Below, in pieces: positions 51,600 to 61,866 of a DNA stretch of 64,000 bases. The DNA is from Candidatus Latescibacterota bacterium. Lineage in GTDB: Bacteria > Latescibacterota > UBA2968 > UBA8231. A model generated the notes under the pieces. It saw only the letters and a program-made list of their open reading frames with translations, was not told the origin of the DNA and made no database searches. The position numbers were made by a program, and so were the translations under genes. How positions within the stretch are numbered: the first letter of the stretch is position 1; every line of letters starts with the position of its first letter. The stretch spans positions 6,712,185-6,776,184 of the forward strand of contig CBDETY010000003.1 in assembly GCA_965243025.1 (NCBI GenBank), given 5' to 3'.

Positions 51600-53207
51600 T
51601 CATCCGAGGAAACGGCGCAAGGCATTGGCGGTGATCGCCGACACGACCTCGTCGACGAGGAGGGAACTGGCGTAGCAGATGGAGCCGGCCGAAAAGACCT
51701 CGCCCCCGCTGCCGCTTTCGTAGTGGACGATCTCGGCACCCCCGCCCCCGGGGTTGAGGCCCCGGGCGACCACGGATACCCCTGCCGGCGAGCTGGCGGA
51801 GCGCTTGTCCGTCTCGTGCCCCGAAGCCCCCCCGGGAATGCGCATGTGCAGGCTGCGCTCACCGAACAGATCGCCGTTTGCCAGGCCGGTGCCCGCGTAA
51901 ATCCAGTGCCCGGCGTCGATCACCTCGTACGGTGCGGCGGTCATCACCCCGCTGTCGCTGTACACGACTCCCAGGAGGTTGGCTTCCGACTCGCAGTAGC
52001 GGTGGAAGCGGCTCTCCAGTCCGCGGCGTGCGATCTCACGGGCATCGCCGTTGAACACCTTCATGGTTTCCTGGTCGGTGATTTCCACCTTGCAGTTGAG
52101 ACCGTTGCCGCCGAGGTAGACCAGCTTGCCGCCGCGCTCGTGCACCCAGCCCTTGACCCCGTAGTACATCTCCCCGGACCAGTACTCCGGATGCGGTCCG
52201 AGGAGGAGAACCTCGTAGTCGTCGAGAGTCAGCACGCCGTGGTGAAGCTGGGTTTCGGAGTAGACGTCGCAGCCGAACCCCTCCTGCTCGAGCCACCCGA
52301 GGATGCGCCACTCCGTCTCGGCGACATGGCAGGCCGCCCGCCCTTCGATCGGGTCGTGCAGGCCGACGGACAAAGGGATGTGGTTGATCGGTTCGGGGCG
52401 CTCGAAAGAAAGGGGAGCGTACTCTTCGCGGTCGTACACGACGTTGTCCGGATCGGTGTAGCGCGGCAGCTCCTGGCGGGCGTTGACCGTCGGGACGGGC
52501 GGCAGTTCCGCCGGGTTGGCGTAGTTGCTGCGCCCGCCGAAGTTGTTGTAGGCGTTCCAGTTGACGTCCGACACCAGCACGGCGATCCGGGCCTGGGGGC
52601 GGGCAGGGGCGACGATCCAGGGGAAGCTGAAGAAAGCCCGCGGAACCGAGGCGTCCCCGGTGAAGGGGTTCCGCGTCGAGGCGTGGAAATAGTACAGCCC
52701 CGAGCGTTCCGGGGCGGTAACGTACTGCCTGTGGTTGGGGCTGGTGTAGCCGATGGAATTCCAGCGCACCCCGGTCCGGGTGTAGTCCCCGTCCGGGGTG
52801 ATCTGCACCGTCGCTCGCGGACCGTGCTCGTCGAACCAGCCGACCGCGCGCACGAACTCCTTCTCCCGTCCGTAGCGGAACAGCTCGAGCTTGTACGGCT
52901 CGCTGGAGTGCACGCGGAATTCCGACTTCTCCCCCGAGCGGACGCACCTGGGCCAGGCGTAACCGAGCAGGCCGTCGGCGAGCAGCCGGAACTGGAAGGG
53001 CCGCCCTTCGGCGACGGTGACGTCCACCCGTTTCGATCCGTAGCCGTCGCGGGCGATGGTCACCCTGTACCGCCCCGGTTCGATCCCGGCATGCACGGCG
53101 CCGGAGGCGGAGGACCGGACTTCCACCCGCCGGTTTCCCGCCTCGAATTCCAGCAGGGCGTCCGGGAGGGCGACGTAGCGCTCGTCGCTGACGTATCCGA
53201 CCAGCAT
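51600..53207 (-). CDS. N,N-dimethylformamidase beta-subunit family protein with N-terminal carboxypeptidase-regulatory-like domain
   Basis: WNAYNNFGGRSNY, LSFERP, HPEYWS, YLGGN, SGHETD, VFSAGSI. Confidence 0.8.
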   Translation of the reverse strand: MLVGYVSDERYVALPDALLEFEAGNRRVEVRSSASGAVHAGIEPGRYRVTIARDGYGSKRVDVTVAEGRPFQFRLLADGLLGYAWPRCVRSGEKSEFRVHSSEPYKLELFRYGREKEFVRAVGWFDEHGPRATVQITPDGDYTRTGVRWNSIGYTSPNHRQYVTAPERSGLYYFHASTRNPFTGDASVPRAFFSFPWIVAPARPQARIAVLVSDVNWNAYNNFGGRSNYANPAELPPVPTVNARQELPRYTDPDNVVYDREEYAPLSFERPEPINHIPLSVGLHDPIEGRAACHVAETEWRILGWLEQEGFGCDVYSETQLHHGVLTLDDYEVLLLGPHPEYWSGEMYYGVKGWVHERGGKLVYLGGNGLNCKVEITDQETMKVFNGDAREIARRGLESRFHRYCESEANLLGVVYSDSGVMTAAPYEVIDAGHWIYAGTGLANGDLFGERSLHMRIPGGASGHETDKRSASSPAGVSVVARGLNPGGGGAEIVHYESGSGGEVFSAGSICYASSLLVDEVVSAITANALRRFLG

Positions 53208-53212
53208 GCCCT

Positions 53213-53896
53213 TCAGCGGACCTCCGCGGCGAAAAGTGGATCTTCGACTCCTGCTTCGCGGAACCCCCGCCGCCGCAGCTCGCAGCTGCGGCACTTTCCG
53301 CAGGGGATCTCGCTGCCCACGTAACAGGACCAGGTCAGGTGCAGGGGGGCGGCGAGCTCGAGCCCCCGCCTGACGATTCCCGGTTTGTCCAGCGAGAGCA
53401 GGGGGGTCTCGATGGAGATGGCGGTATCGGGCCGCGTGCCGTTTTCAACCGCCCGGGCGAACGCCTCGAAGAAGACGGCGCGGCAGTCCGGATAGGGACA
53501 GTCGCGTTCGTGAGCCCCCAGGTAAACCGACCTCGCCCCGGCAGCTTCGGCCCAGGCGACGGCGATGGCGAGAAGGTTGGCGTTGCGAAATGGAACGTAG
53601 GTCGAAGGGACAGGCTCTTCCTTGCGGTCGTCTGCCGGCGATCCCGGGACCGTGAGAGAAGAGCCGCCGACAGCAGCGAGGTGCCCGGCGTCGGCGACGA
53701 GTCGGCGGGACACGCCGAAATGGTCGCCGATCTCCTCGAAGGCGGCGAGCTCGCGCCCGGCGGTGCGCTGTCCGTAGCGGACGTGCAGAAAACCGAGGGC
53801 GCTGCAGTCGCCGAAAGCGAGGGCGGCCTCGGCGGCTGCCACGCAGCTGTCGAGGCCACCGCTGACCAGGACGACCGCCTGTACTGGTGAATCCAT
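53213..53896 (-). CDS. queC: 7-cyano-7-deazaguanine synthase
   Basis: SGGLDS, YGQR, TYVPFRN, YPDCR, TWSCY...CGKCRSC. Confidence 0.96.
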   Translation of the reverse strand: MDSPVQAVVLVSGGLDSCVAAAEAALAFGDCSALGFLHVRYGQRTAGRELAAFEEIGDHFGVSRRLVADAGHLAAVGGSSLTVPGSPADDRKEEPVPSTYVPFRNANLLAIAVAWAEAAGARSVYLGAHERDCPYPDCRAVFFEAFARAVENGTRPDTAISIETPLLSLDKPGIVRRGLELAAPLHLTWSCYVGSEIPCGKCRSCELRRRGFREAGVEDPLFAAEVR

Positions 53897-54044
53897 CCTT
53901 TTCAATATATGGCGGGTGCCGGCGACGGCGTCGAGGTCTTGTGAGACCCATTCGTACAGGGCGTTCGGGACGCTACCCCGGTTCGGCTCCCCTGCTTGCT
54001 CCGCAGCCTTCGATTTCTCCGGGGGATGCAGTAAAACCCCGCGT

Positions 54045-54072
54045 TTGACATGGGCAACCTCGGCCGTAGATT
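54045..54072 (+). promoter_or_regulatory. putative sigma70 promoter of ispH
   Basis: TTGACA, 16-bp spacer, TAGATT. Confidence 0.5.
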
Positions 54073-54112
54073 CAGCGGCAATCCGGAACGCCTGCTTCTA
54101 TCCTGCTTCTAT

Positions 54113-55375
54113 ATGGAATTCTCCAGGTTCGACAGGGTGCCCAATCGTTACGAGGGGGCGATCATTCAGCGCATCAAGGACTTTCGCCAGGAAGTCGGCA
54201 AGCGGTCGCTGCGCTCCACTCGTCTCCCGGTCGGGGACCTGGAGTTCCTGATTCCCCGGCATTTCGGCTTCTGTTACGGCGTCGAGCGCGCCATCCACAT
54301 GGCCTTCTCGGCTCTCGAGGAAAACCCCGGCCGCCCGATCCACCTCGTCAGCGAGATCATACACAACCCCCTGGTCAACAACGACCTGAAGGAACGCGGC
54401 ATCGGCTTCCTTTTCGACTCCAACGGGGAGCGCCGCATCCCCCCGGAGGAGATCGGGGCCGACGACATCGTCCTGATTCCCGCCTTCGGCACCACCCTGG
54501 AAGTCGAGGAGTCGCTCAAGCAGGCAGGCCAGGAAACCGATTCGGAGGAGTACCGCGAGCGCTACGACACTACCTGCCCTTTCGTATCGAGGGTCTGGGA
54601 ACGGGGGCAGGAGCTGGGGCAGGAGGGGTACACGATCGTCATTCACGGGAAGTTCAGGCACGAGGAGACGCAGGCGACCCACTCGCACACGAAGCGGCAT
54701 ACGAAGACGCTCGTCGTGCTCGACGGGCAGGAGGCAACGCGGGTCGCCGCCTTCATAGACGGAGCAGTTTCCGAGGAGGAGTTCTCCGCCGAGTTTTCCG
54801 GGAAGTGGTCGCAGGGATTCGATCCCCGAACCGATCTGACCCGCATCGCCGTTGTCAACCAGACGACGATGCTCGCCGAAGAGACGAAGAAGGTCGCCGG
54901 CATCATGCGCGACGCGATGCTTCGCAAATACGGCGCCGACAACCTCGACCACCACTTCGCCGACACCAACGATACCCTCTGCTACGCGACCAACCGGAAT
55001 CAGAACGCGACCAGGGGGCTGCTCGATGCCCGGCCGGACGTCGCCGTCATCGTCGGCGGCTACAACAGCTCCAACACCTCCCACCTGGTCGAGATCTGCT
55101 CGGGGATCATGCCTAGCTACCTGATCGGCGGCAGGGAGGAGCTGCTTTCGCGGGAGCGCATCCGCCACTTCGACACCCGCACGAAGCAACTGACGATCTC
55201 CGACAACTGGCTCCCGGACAAGGTTCCGGCCACCATCGCCGTCACCTCGGGAGCCTCCTGTCCCGACGTTCTGATGAACGGGGTGCTGGAGCGGCTGGCC
55301 GGGTTCTACGGGTACGGACAGCCGGAGATCGAGGAAGGTCTGGAGCGGCTCAGCCTGTACGAGCCGGCCGCGTGA
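54113..55375 (+). CDS. ispH: 4-hydroxy-3-methylbut-2-enyl diphosphate reductase
   Basis: FGFCYGVERAI, EIIHNP, DTTCPFV, NQTT, DTLCYAT, GGYNSSNT. Confidence 0.96.
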   Translation: MEFSRFDRVPNRYEGAIIQRIKDFRQEVGKRSLRSTRLPVGDLEFLIPRHFGFCYGVERAIHMAFSALEENPGRPIHLVSEIIHNPLVNNDLKERGIGFLFDSNGERRIPPEEIGADDIVLIPAFGTTLEVEESLKQAGQETDSEEYRERYDTTCPFVSRVWERGQELGQEGYTIVIHGKFRHEETQATHSHTKRHTKTLVVLDGQEATRVAAFIDGAVSEEEFSAEFSGKWSQGFDPRTDLTRIAVVNQTTMLAEETKKVAGIMRDAMLRKYGADNLDHHFADTNDTLCYATNRNQNATRGLLDARPDVAVIVGGYNSSNTSHLVEICSGIMPSYLIGGREELLSRERIRHFDTRTKQLTISDNWLPDKVPATIAVTSGASCPDVLMNGVLERLAGFYGYGQPEIEEGLERLSLYEPAA

Positions 55376-55379
55376 GCAA

Positions 55380-56180
55380 TCAGGCGGCGGCCACCGGGTT
55401 GCGCAGCCGGCCGATCTTCTCCACCTCGATCACTACCTCGTCACCTGCCCGCAGCCACACCGGCGGCTTGCGCGCGAACCCCACTCCCTGCGGCGTCCCG
55501 GTGAGGATCACCGTTCCCGGCAACAGGGTCGTATCCTGACTGAGGAAAGCGATCAGCTCGCGAACGGAGAAGATCATGTCTCCGGTGGTGTGGTCCTGCA
55601 TTGCCTCGCCGTTCAACAGCGTCCGGATTACAAGCGTCTGGGGGTCCGGGATATCGTCGGCGGTGACCAGCACAGGCCCCAGCGGGCAGAAGGTGTCGAA
55701 CCCCTTGCCCCGGATCCACTGGCCGCCGCCTCCCTGGAGCTGCCAGGTGCGCGCCGAGACATCGTGGCCGCAGGTGTAGCCGAGCACGTAATCGAGGGCG
55801 TTCGACTCGGAGGCGTCGCGGCAGGGCCTGCCGATGACGACGGCGAGCTCGCATTCGTAGTCGGTCTCCTCCCCGTGCTGGCAGGAGGGCAGGAGGATCG
55901 GATCCCCGGGATTAAGGAGGGCGCTGGTCGGTTTCATGAAAACGACCGGACGTTCGGGGATGTCGACCCCCGACTCTTCGGCGTGCTCCCGGTAGTTGAG
56001 GCCGATGCAGAAGATGTTCACCGGGTCGAGCGGGGCCAGAAGCTTTGAGATGTTCCTCGTCTCACCTGCCGGGGTCAGCCCCTCGAACAGGTCCCCGGAC
56101 AGCAGGGCGGCCTGGCTGCCGTCCCCCTCTTCCCCGAAGCAGGTCCGACCTTCCTCGTCGATGAACCGGATGATGCGCAT
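55380..56180 (-). CDS. fumarylacetoacetate hydrolase family protein
   Basis: CIGLNYREHA, DYECELAVVIG, GKGFDTFCPLGP, ILTGTP. Confidence 0.94.
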   Translation of the reverse strand: MRIIRFIDEEGRTCFGEEGDGSQAALLSGDLFEGLTPAGETRNISKLLAPLDPVNIFCIGLNYREHAEESGVDIPERPVVFMKPTSALLNPGDPILLPSCQHGEETDYECELAVVIGRPCRDASESNALDYVLGYTCGHDVSARTWQLQGGGGQWIRGKGFDTFCPLGPVLVTADDIPDPQTLVIRTLLNGEAMQDHTTGDMIFSVRELIAFLSQDTTLLPGTVILTGTPQGVGFARKPPVWLRAGDEVVIEVEKIGRLRNPVAAA

Positions 56181-56260
56181 TCTGTTTTCCTCCGCTGTAG
56201 TCGTTGCAGGCTCCAAACAATGGAAGCGGTCCCTGCTACCGTCAAGAACGGGGAAGCCCG

Positions 56261-57361
56261 GTGGCGCGCCCTGACCGGCCCCGCGTTCTGGTGGTCGGGG
56301 CCGGGATCGTCGGCAGCTGCGCCGGCTATTTCCTCGCCTGCCGGCAGGCGAGGGTGCAGCTGATCGACCGCGATTCCGATCCGTCCGCGACGACGCGCGC
56401 CTCCCTCGGAGTCCTGACTCATTTCCGCGGAGGCGATGATCCCTACTCGACCTTCTACCGCGACGCCCACGCACTGCACGGCGGTCTGGCCCGGGAGCTT
56501 CGGGAGGAGACCGGCCTCGACGTCGGCTGGAGAACCCCGGGCGGCATCGACCTGGCCTTCGGCGAAGCGGAAGCCGAAGAGGTGTTGGCCCGGCTGCGGG
56601 ACCGCGGCGGCCGCTGCCGCTGGGAGTGGCTCGAACACGAGAGGGTGCGCCGTCTCGAACCGAAGGTATCCTCGCAGGTAAGCGGGGGTGTCTATTTCCC
56701 CGACGACCATCGCGTCGATCCCCCGGCCCTGGGGCAGGCCCTGCGCACTGCTGCGGCGCAGCGCGGCGCCGAGGTCCGCCTCGGCTGCGAGCTGCTGCGG
56801 ATCGAACCCGGCAGCGACGGCGTCAGCGCCCTTGTCGGGGAGGGGAACCAGAGCCGGGAGGAGCGCTTCGATCACGCCGTCCTCGCCGCCGGTTCGTGGA
56901 CCGGGCAGCTGGTCGCCGAAGCGGCAGGGGGGGCGGGCATCAGGCCGGTGCGCGGGCAGCACTGCCGCTACCGCGGGGGCGCGGAGATAGGCCACGTGCT
57001 GCGCTGGGGTTCCCGTCACCTGATCCCGGCGGGAGATTCGATCGTCGTGGGGGCGACCGTGGAGGAGGTCGGCTTCGACACGCGGACCACCGAGGCTGCC
57101 GCGGCGGAGTTCACAGCGGTGTTTCGCCGCGTCCTCGACATCGAGCCGGCCGTCCTGTCGCAGCGCGCCGGGCTGCGGCCCAAACCCCGCAAGGGACGGC
57201 CGGTGATCGGCCCCGTCGACCCGGCCGCACGGCTGTTCGTCGCCAGCGGCCACTACAGGAACGGGGTGCTTCTCGGTCCCCTGACAGGCAAGGTCCTCGC
57301 CGACTGGATCGTCGCCGGCAGGCCGTCGCGCGACATGTCCTTCTTCGGGGTTCGCAGATAG
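56261..57361 (+). CDS. FAD-dependent oxidoreductase (glycine oxidase ThiO/DAO family)
   Basis: VVGAGIVG, LAAGSW, PVRGQ, AGLRP, GHYRNGVLLGP. Confidence 0.88.
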   Translation: MARPDRPRVLVVGAGIVGSCAGYFLACRQARVQLIDRDSDPSATTRASLGVLTHFRGGDDPYSTFYRDAHALHGGLARELREETGLDVGWRTPGGIDLAFGEAEAEEVLARLRDRGGRCRWEWLEHERVRRLEPKVSSQVSGGVYFPDDHRVDPPALGQALRTAAAQRGAEVRLGCELLRIEPGSDGVSALVGEGNQSREERFDHAVLAAGSWTGQLVAEAAGGAGIRPVRGQHCRYRGGAEIGHVLRWGSRHLIPAGDSIVVGATVEEVGFDTRTTEAAAAEFTAVFRRVLDIEPAVLSQRAGLRPKPRKGRPVIGPVDPAARLFVASGHYRNGVLLGPLTGKVLADWIVAGRPSRDMSFFGVRR

Positions 57362-57474
57362 TCTTTCCCGGTCCGCTCTCCTGCCATGCCGCTCCGCTGC
57401 CGGTGAATTGACAGGGCCGTGGCTCCCGGATACCGTAGAGCCTGCCAACCACACCCGGAGGAAACAGCTGAGAG

Positions 57475-58440
57475 ATGACAGTATTGACGAATACCGCGAG
57501 CCCCGGACTGGAGACCGGGGAGCTTCGCGACGCCCTCGACACGGTGATCTCGATCCCCGTGGTGCCGTTCAGGAACGGTGAGGTCGACTTCGAAGGGCAC
57601 GCGACGAACATCGATTACCTGATGAACACCAACAACCTCGAGGGAGACCGGCGGCGCGCCATCGCCGTCGCCGGGACCAGCCTGGTGCACCACATCTCCT
57701 GCGAAAACCAGGTCCGCCTGATGGGTATCGCCGGGGAGCGCATGGCGGGAAGGGGGGTGCTGATGGCCGGCATAGCTCCGAACCCGCTTCCCGACGCCGC
57801 CAGGCTGATCGAAACCATGTCCGGACTCGAACATCCGCCCGACGTCTATCTGGTGATGCCCCTGACCGGCATCATCCAGCCGGCGGGGCTTTACGGGACC
57901 TACATGGAGTTCGCCGAGCAGGCCGGCGAGTGCGGGGCGCGGCTGCTCTACTACCTGCGGTCCCCGGATCAGATCCCGTACGTCGCCAGGCTCGTCAACG
58001 ACTCCCCCCATTTCATCGGGGTCAAGGTCGGAACCCGGGACGAGGACGTCGCGCCGCTGGTGGAACAGATCGACCGCCGCCGCGGCATGGTCATCTGGGG
58101 AATCGGCGACCGCTCGACCCGCGCCGCCGAGTTCGGCGCCACCGGGCACACCTCGGGCATCAACATCGCCTTCTCCAGGGCTTCCGACGAGATCAACAAC
58201 GCCCAGCGCCGCGGCGACTACGAGGTCTCGCGGCAGGTCGAGGGAGAGCTCGCCGCGCTGGAGGAGATCCGCTTCCGCGACGGGCGCATGTACAACTACT
58301 CCGCGGTCGTCGAGGCGATGCATGCCGGCGGCTGGCGGGACGTGGTGGGCGGCGAAGGGGGGCCGTTCAACCCCCGGGTTCCCGCCGAAGTGGCCGCGGA
58401 AGTGAGGGCGGCCATCGACGGAATCCGGCATTACCACTGA
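57475..58440 (+). CDS. dihydrodipicolinate synthase family lyase (KDGDH-like)
   Basis: IPVVPFRNGEVD, LLYY, FIGVKVG Schiff-base lysine, TSG. Confidence 0.8.
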   Translation: MTVLTNTASPGLETGELRDALDTVISIPVVPFRNGEVDFEGHATNIDYLMNTNNLEGDRRRAIAVAGTSLVHHISCENQVRLMGIAGERMAGRGVLMAGIAPNPLPDAARLIETMSGLEHPPDVYLVMPLTGIIQPAGLYGTYMEFAEQAGECGARLLYYLRSPDQIPYVARLVNDSPHFIGVKVGTRDEDVAPLVEQIDRRRGMVIWGIGDRSTRAAEFGATGHTSGINIAFSRASDEINNAQRRGDYEVSRQVEGELAALEEIRFRDGRMYNYSAVVEAMHAGGWRDVVGGEGGPFNPRVPAEVAAEVRAAIDGIRHYH

Positions 58441-58595
58441 GGGATGGGGGTGCCGTCCTGTACGGATTCATCCAGCGGCCTGCCCGGAGACGGCGGCCGG
58501 CAGGACCGGGCGCCGTCCGCTCCACCGGGGCGGACGGGAAGTGGACGGGGAGCGTGGAGAAAGGGGCCGTTCAGGCGAACGGGGATCCGGTCCCG

Positions 58596-58895
58596 TCAGG
58601 TGGATCCGCCGAGGCGGTCGAGGTACTCCGCCCATTCGACCGGGACGAGATCCCGCTTGGCGGCATTGCATTCCGGGCAGCAGGGCACGACGTTGCTCCT
58701 GGTCGAAAAGCCTCCGCGAACGACGGGAACGACGTGATCCATTGTCAGCTCCCTCGGGGGGAAGCGCCGGTTGCAGTAGTGGCAGCGCCCCTCGCCGCGG
58801 CGGTTCTTCCACCATTGGCTCCGGCGCAGCTCCCGCGCCTTCCGTTTTTCTCTCTCGATATGCTCTGCGGACGCCGGAGTATAGTAGTCGGTCAT
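58596..58895 (-). CDS. small HNH endonuclease family protein
   Basis: CHYC...LTMDHVVPVVRGG...NVVPCCPECN. Confidence 0.9.
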   Translation of the reverse strand: MTDYYTPASAEHIEREKRKARELRRSQWWKNRRGEGRCHYCNRRFPPRELTMDHVVPVVRGGFSTRSNVVPCCPECNAAKRDLVPVEWAEYLDRLGGST

Positions 58896-58957
58896 GATTA
58901 CCCGGCGGCCCGGTTGACTGACAACGCGGCCATGGCGTCCGAAACCCATCCCCGCCC

Positions 58958-59578
58958 ATGCTGATCCCGCTTTTCCCTCTCGCCATCGTCGTCTATCCGG
59001 GACAGACGGTGCCCCTGTACATCTTCGAAGAGCGCTACAAGGAGATGATCGCCGACTGCGAGCCGGAAGGAGGCGGAGATTTCGCCCCGTTCGGGATCTC
59101 GCTCTTCGACGATGGCGAGGTCGCCGAGGTCGGCTGCACCGCGGTGGTTTCCGAGATAGCGAAGCGCCATGCCGACGGATCGATGCACATCGTCACCGTC
59201 GGCGGGCGGCGTTACCGAACCCTCGAGGTGATTGATGACAAGCTGTACCTGCAGGGACGTGTCGAGCTGCTCGAGGATGCCGGCGGAACCGGAGACCCGG
59301 CACTGGCGCGGGAAGCCGGCGAAGCCTACCGCGAGCTGCTTTCCCTGGCGGCTCCCGGGGCGGCCGAGGAGGTCGGGGGGGAGGCGACGGCCTTCGAGAT
59401 CGCCGTCAACTGCGGCCTCGACCTGAAGCAGAAGCAAAGGGTGCTGGAGATGTCGAGCGAGGGCGAACGTCTGCGCTTCCTCTGCGATCATTTCGAGGAG
59501 GTGCTGCCGCAGCTGCGCCTGCGCCTGGAGCAGCAGCGCCGGGTCAAATCGAACGGATACGGGCCCCCCCGCAAGTAG
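58958..59578 (+). CDS. Lon peptidase substrate-binding domain protein
   Basis: IPLFPL..VVYPG..PLYIFEERYKEMI, KQRVLE. Confidence 0.9.
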   Translation: MLIPLFPLAIVVYPGQTVPLYIFEERYKEMIADCEPEGGGDFAPFGISLFDDGEVAEVGCTAVVSEIAKRHADGSMHIVTVGGRRYRTLEVIDDKLYLQGRVELLEDAGGTGDPALAREAGEAYRELLSLAAPGAAEEVGGEATAFEIAVNCGLDLKQKQRVLEMSSEGERLRFLCDHFEEVLPQLRLRLEQQRRVKSNGYGPPRK

Positions 59579-59581
59579 CAG

Positions 59582-60337
59582 TCAGCCGGCGCCATCGATC
59601 TGGGCGACGAAGATCTGATCGGCGACCTCGAGACCGATGTGGTGCTCGCGCTCGCCGACCGCGATGAGCATCGATCCGCTGAACGGGGCCTTGTCGCGCA
59701 CCTCGAGCTCGGTGCCGAGGCGAAGCTCCTGCTCGTCGAGATAGCGCAGCAGCTCGGGGCTGCGGTCGCTGACCTGCGAGATGCAGACTACCTGTCCCGA
59801 CTCGATTTCCGACAGCCGCTGGTAGCGGTGGACGGCGATGGTTCCCTCCTTGGAGGGGATCGGCTCGCCGTGAGCGCCCACCGTCGGGTACCCCATGGCG
59901 CGGTCGATGTGGTCTTCGAAGTCCTCGGAGATGGCGTGTTCCAGTCGCTCAGCCTCGGCGTCGACGCGGTCCCACCCGTACCCGAGGGCCTGCGCCAGGT
60001 AGAGCTCGAGGAGCCGGTGGTGGCGGATGATTTCGAGGGCCATCTTTTCTCCCGCCCCGGTCAGCCGCACCCCCTGGTAGGGACGGTGCCGGAGCAGGTT
60101 CATCTCCGCCAGCTTCTTGATCATGTTGGTCGCCGAAGCGGCCGATACCCGCATGCGCTCGGCGAGCAGCGAGGTTGTGACCGCCGCGTCCCCTGACTTC
60201 TCCGCCTCGGGACTGTTGGAGAGCTTGTAAATCGCCTTCAGGTAATCCTGGACCGACTCGCTGATCGTCCCGGCGGGCGGGAGCTTTTCGCCGCGGATGT
60301 CGCTCTTCTGGGTCAATGCCGGACTACCTGTGTTCAA
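59582..60337 (-). CDS. DtxR/MntR family metal-dependent regulator with FeoA domain
   Basis: QDYLKAIY, IRHHRLLELYL, EAERLEHAIS, HGEPIP. Confidence 0.95.
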   Translation of the reverse strand: MNTGSPALTQKSDIRGEKLPPAGTISESVQDYLKAIYKLSNSPEAEKSGDAAVTTSLLAERMRVSAASATNMIKKLAEMNLLRHRPYQGVRLTGAGEKMALEIIRHHRLLELYLAQALGYGWDRVDAEAERLEHAISEDFEDHIDRAMGYPTVGAHGEPIPSKEGTIAVHRYQRLSEIESGQVVCISQVSDRSPELLRYLDEQELRLGTELEVRDKAPFSGSMLIAVGEREHHIGLEVADQIFVAQIDGAG

Positions 60338-60365
60338 CTGGATCGCGCGCCATCCTGGAGTGATT

Positions 60366-60381
60366 TCTAGGCGCGACTAAA
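60366..60381. promoter_or_regulatory. putative DtxR/MntR-type operator
   Basis: TCTAG-N6-CTAAA imperfect palindrome just upstream of the regulator gene. Confidence 0.55.
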
Positions 60382-60430
60382 CCTACGGGATGGCAAGGCA
60401 CTGTCAACCGGGGCACTCGCGGGAAAGACC

Positions 60431-61726
60431 ATGAAACCCCTCGATGTAATCTACCTGCATTCGCACGATACAGGCCGCTGCGTGCAGCCGTACGGACACG
60501 CGGTTCCGACCCCGTCCATTCAACAGCTCGCCGAACAGGGCCTGCTGTTCCGGAACGCCTTCTGCGCGGCGCCGACCTGCTCGCCGAGCCGGGCGGCGCT
60601 GCTGACGGGGCAGTGGGCCCACTGCAGCGGCATGCTCGGCCTGGCGCACCGCGGCTTCTCGCTGGCCGATCCCCGCCGGCACCTGGCGCGGGTTCTGGCG
60701 GACGCGGGGTACCACACCGTTCTCGCCGGTATTCAGCACGTGGGCAGCGACGACGGGGAGCTGGGGTACCTGCAGGTGCTCGATACGGACTCGAACAGCG
60801 CCACGGAGGTCGCCCCGGCTGCAGCGGAGTTCCTGTGCAACCCTCCGGACCGTCCGTTCTTCCTCGACGCCGGTTTCTTCGAGACCCACCTCCCTTTTCC
60901 CGAGCCCCGGGACGACGGCCGGTACTGCCGGCCCCCGGCCCCCCTGCCAGACGCTCCGGAGGTGCGCGCCGACATGGCCGGTTTCAGGGAGAGCGTCCGT
61001 CTCCTCGACGACGGCGTCGGGATCGTCCTCGATGCCCTGGAGGGAAGCGGCCGCGGCCGGGAAACCCTCGTCGTCTGCACCACCGACCACGGCCTTCCCC
61101 TCCCGGGGATGAAGTGCAACCTCACGGACCACGGCATCGGGGTTATGCTCGTCATGCGCGGTCCGGGAGGCTTTCAGGGCGGCCGCGCCATCGACGGCAT
61201 GGTCTCCCAGATCGACCTGTTTCCCACGCTCTGCGAGCTGCTCGGGATCGAGCCTCCCGGGTGGCTGCAGGGAAGGTCGATGATGCCGCTGGTGCGCGGG
61301 GAAGCCGAGGAAATCGACGAGGAGGTGTTCGCCGAGGTAACCTATCACGCCGCGTACGAGCCTCAGCGCGCCGTGCGCACCCGGAGGTGGAAGTACATCC
61401 GTCGTTTCGAGGAGCGCGGCGGCCCGGTGCTGCCCAACTGCGACGACAGCCACAGCAAGCAGTACCTGCTCGAGCGCGGCTGGCGGGAGCGGGCGCCGGA
61501 GCCGGAGCAGCTCTACGACCTGGCGTTCGACCCGAACGAGGCGCGCAACCTCGCCGCCGATCCCGGCAGCGCCGGGGTTCTGGACGGAATGCGCCGGCGC
61601 CTTGACCGGTGGATGCGGGAGACCGGGGATCCCCTGCTGTCCGGGCCGGTGCCGGCCCCTGCCGGGGCCAGAGTCAACGATGGAGACGGGCTGTCGCCGC
61701 GCGAGACACCGCGGCTGATCGAATAG
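60431..61726 (+). CDS. sulfatase (formylglycine-dependent)
   Basis: CSPSRAALLTG, TTDHG, EQLYDL..DPNE. Confidence 0.95.
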   Translation: MKPLDVIYLHSHDTGRCVQPYGHAVPTPSIQQLAEQGLLFRNAFCAAPTCSPSRAALLTGQWAHCSGMLGLAHRGFSLADPRRHLARVLADAGYHTVLAGIQHVGSDDGELGYLQVLDTDSNSATEVAPAAAEFLCNPPDRPFFLDAGFFETHLPFPEPRDDGRYCRPPAPLPDAPEVRADMAGFRESVRLLDDGVGIVLDALEGSGRGRETLVVCTTDHGLPLPGMKCNLTDHGIGVMLVMRGPGGFQGGRAIDGMVSQIDLFPTLCELLGIEPPGWLQGRSMMPLVRGEAEEIDEEVFAEVTYHAAYEPQRAVRTRRWKYIRRFEERGGPVLPNCDDSHSKQYLLERGWRERAPEPEQLYDLAFDPNEARNLAADPGSAGVLDGMRRRLDRWMRETGDPLLSGPVPAPAGARVNDGDGLSPRETPRLIE

Positions 61727-61866
61727 CGCGCCCGGACCTGCCGCGAAGAGGCCTGTCCGTATCCGAAGGATCCCGGTGCCCGCTGACGACGGGTCCGGAT
61801 CCGGGCCGCCCGCTATCGATTCCGCGGCGCTTGAACCCCTCCTGGCGACGGAGTACCGTTCCTGCC

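Noticed and set aside
58596-58895. HNH gene as a homing, mobile or defence element
   Set aside because: Small stand-alone HNH in a housekeeping context, with no intron, inverted repeats or methylase nearby.
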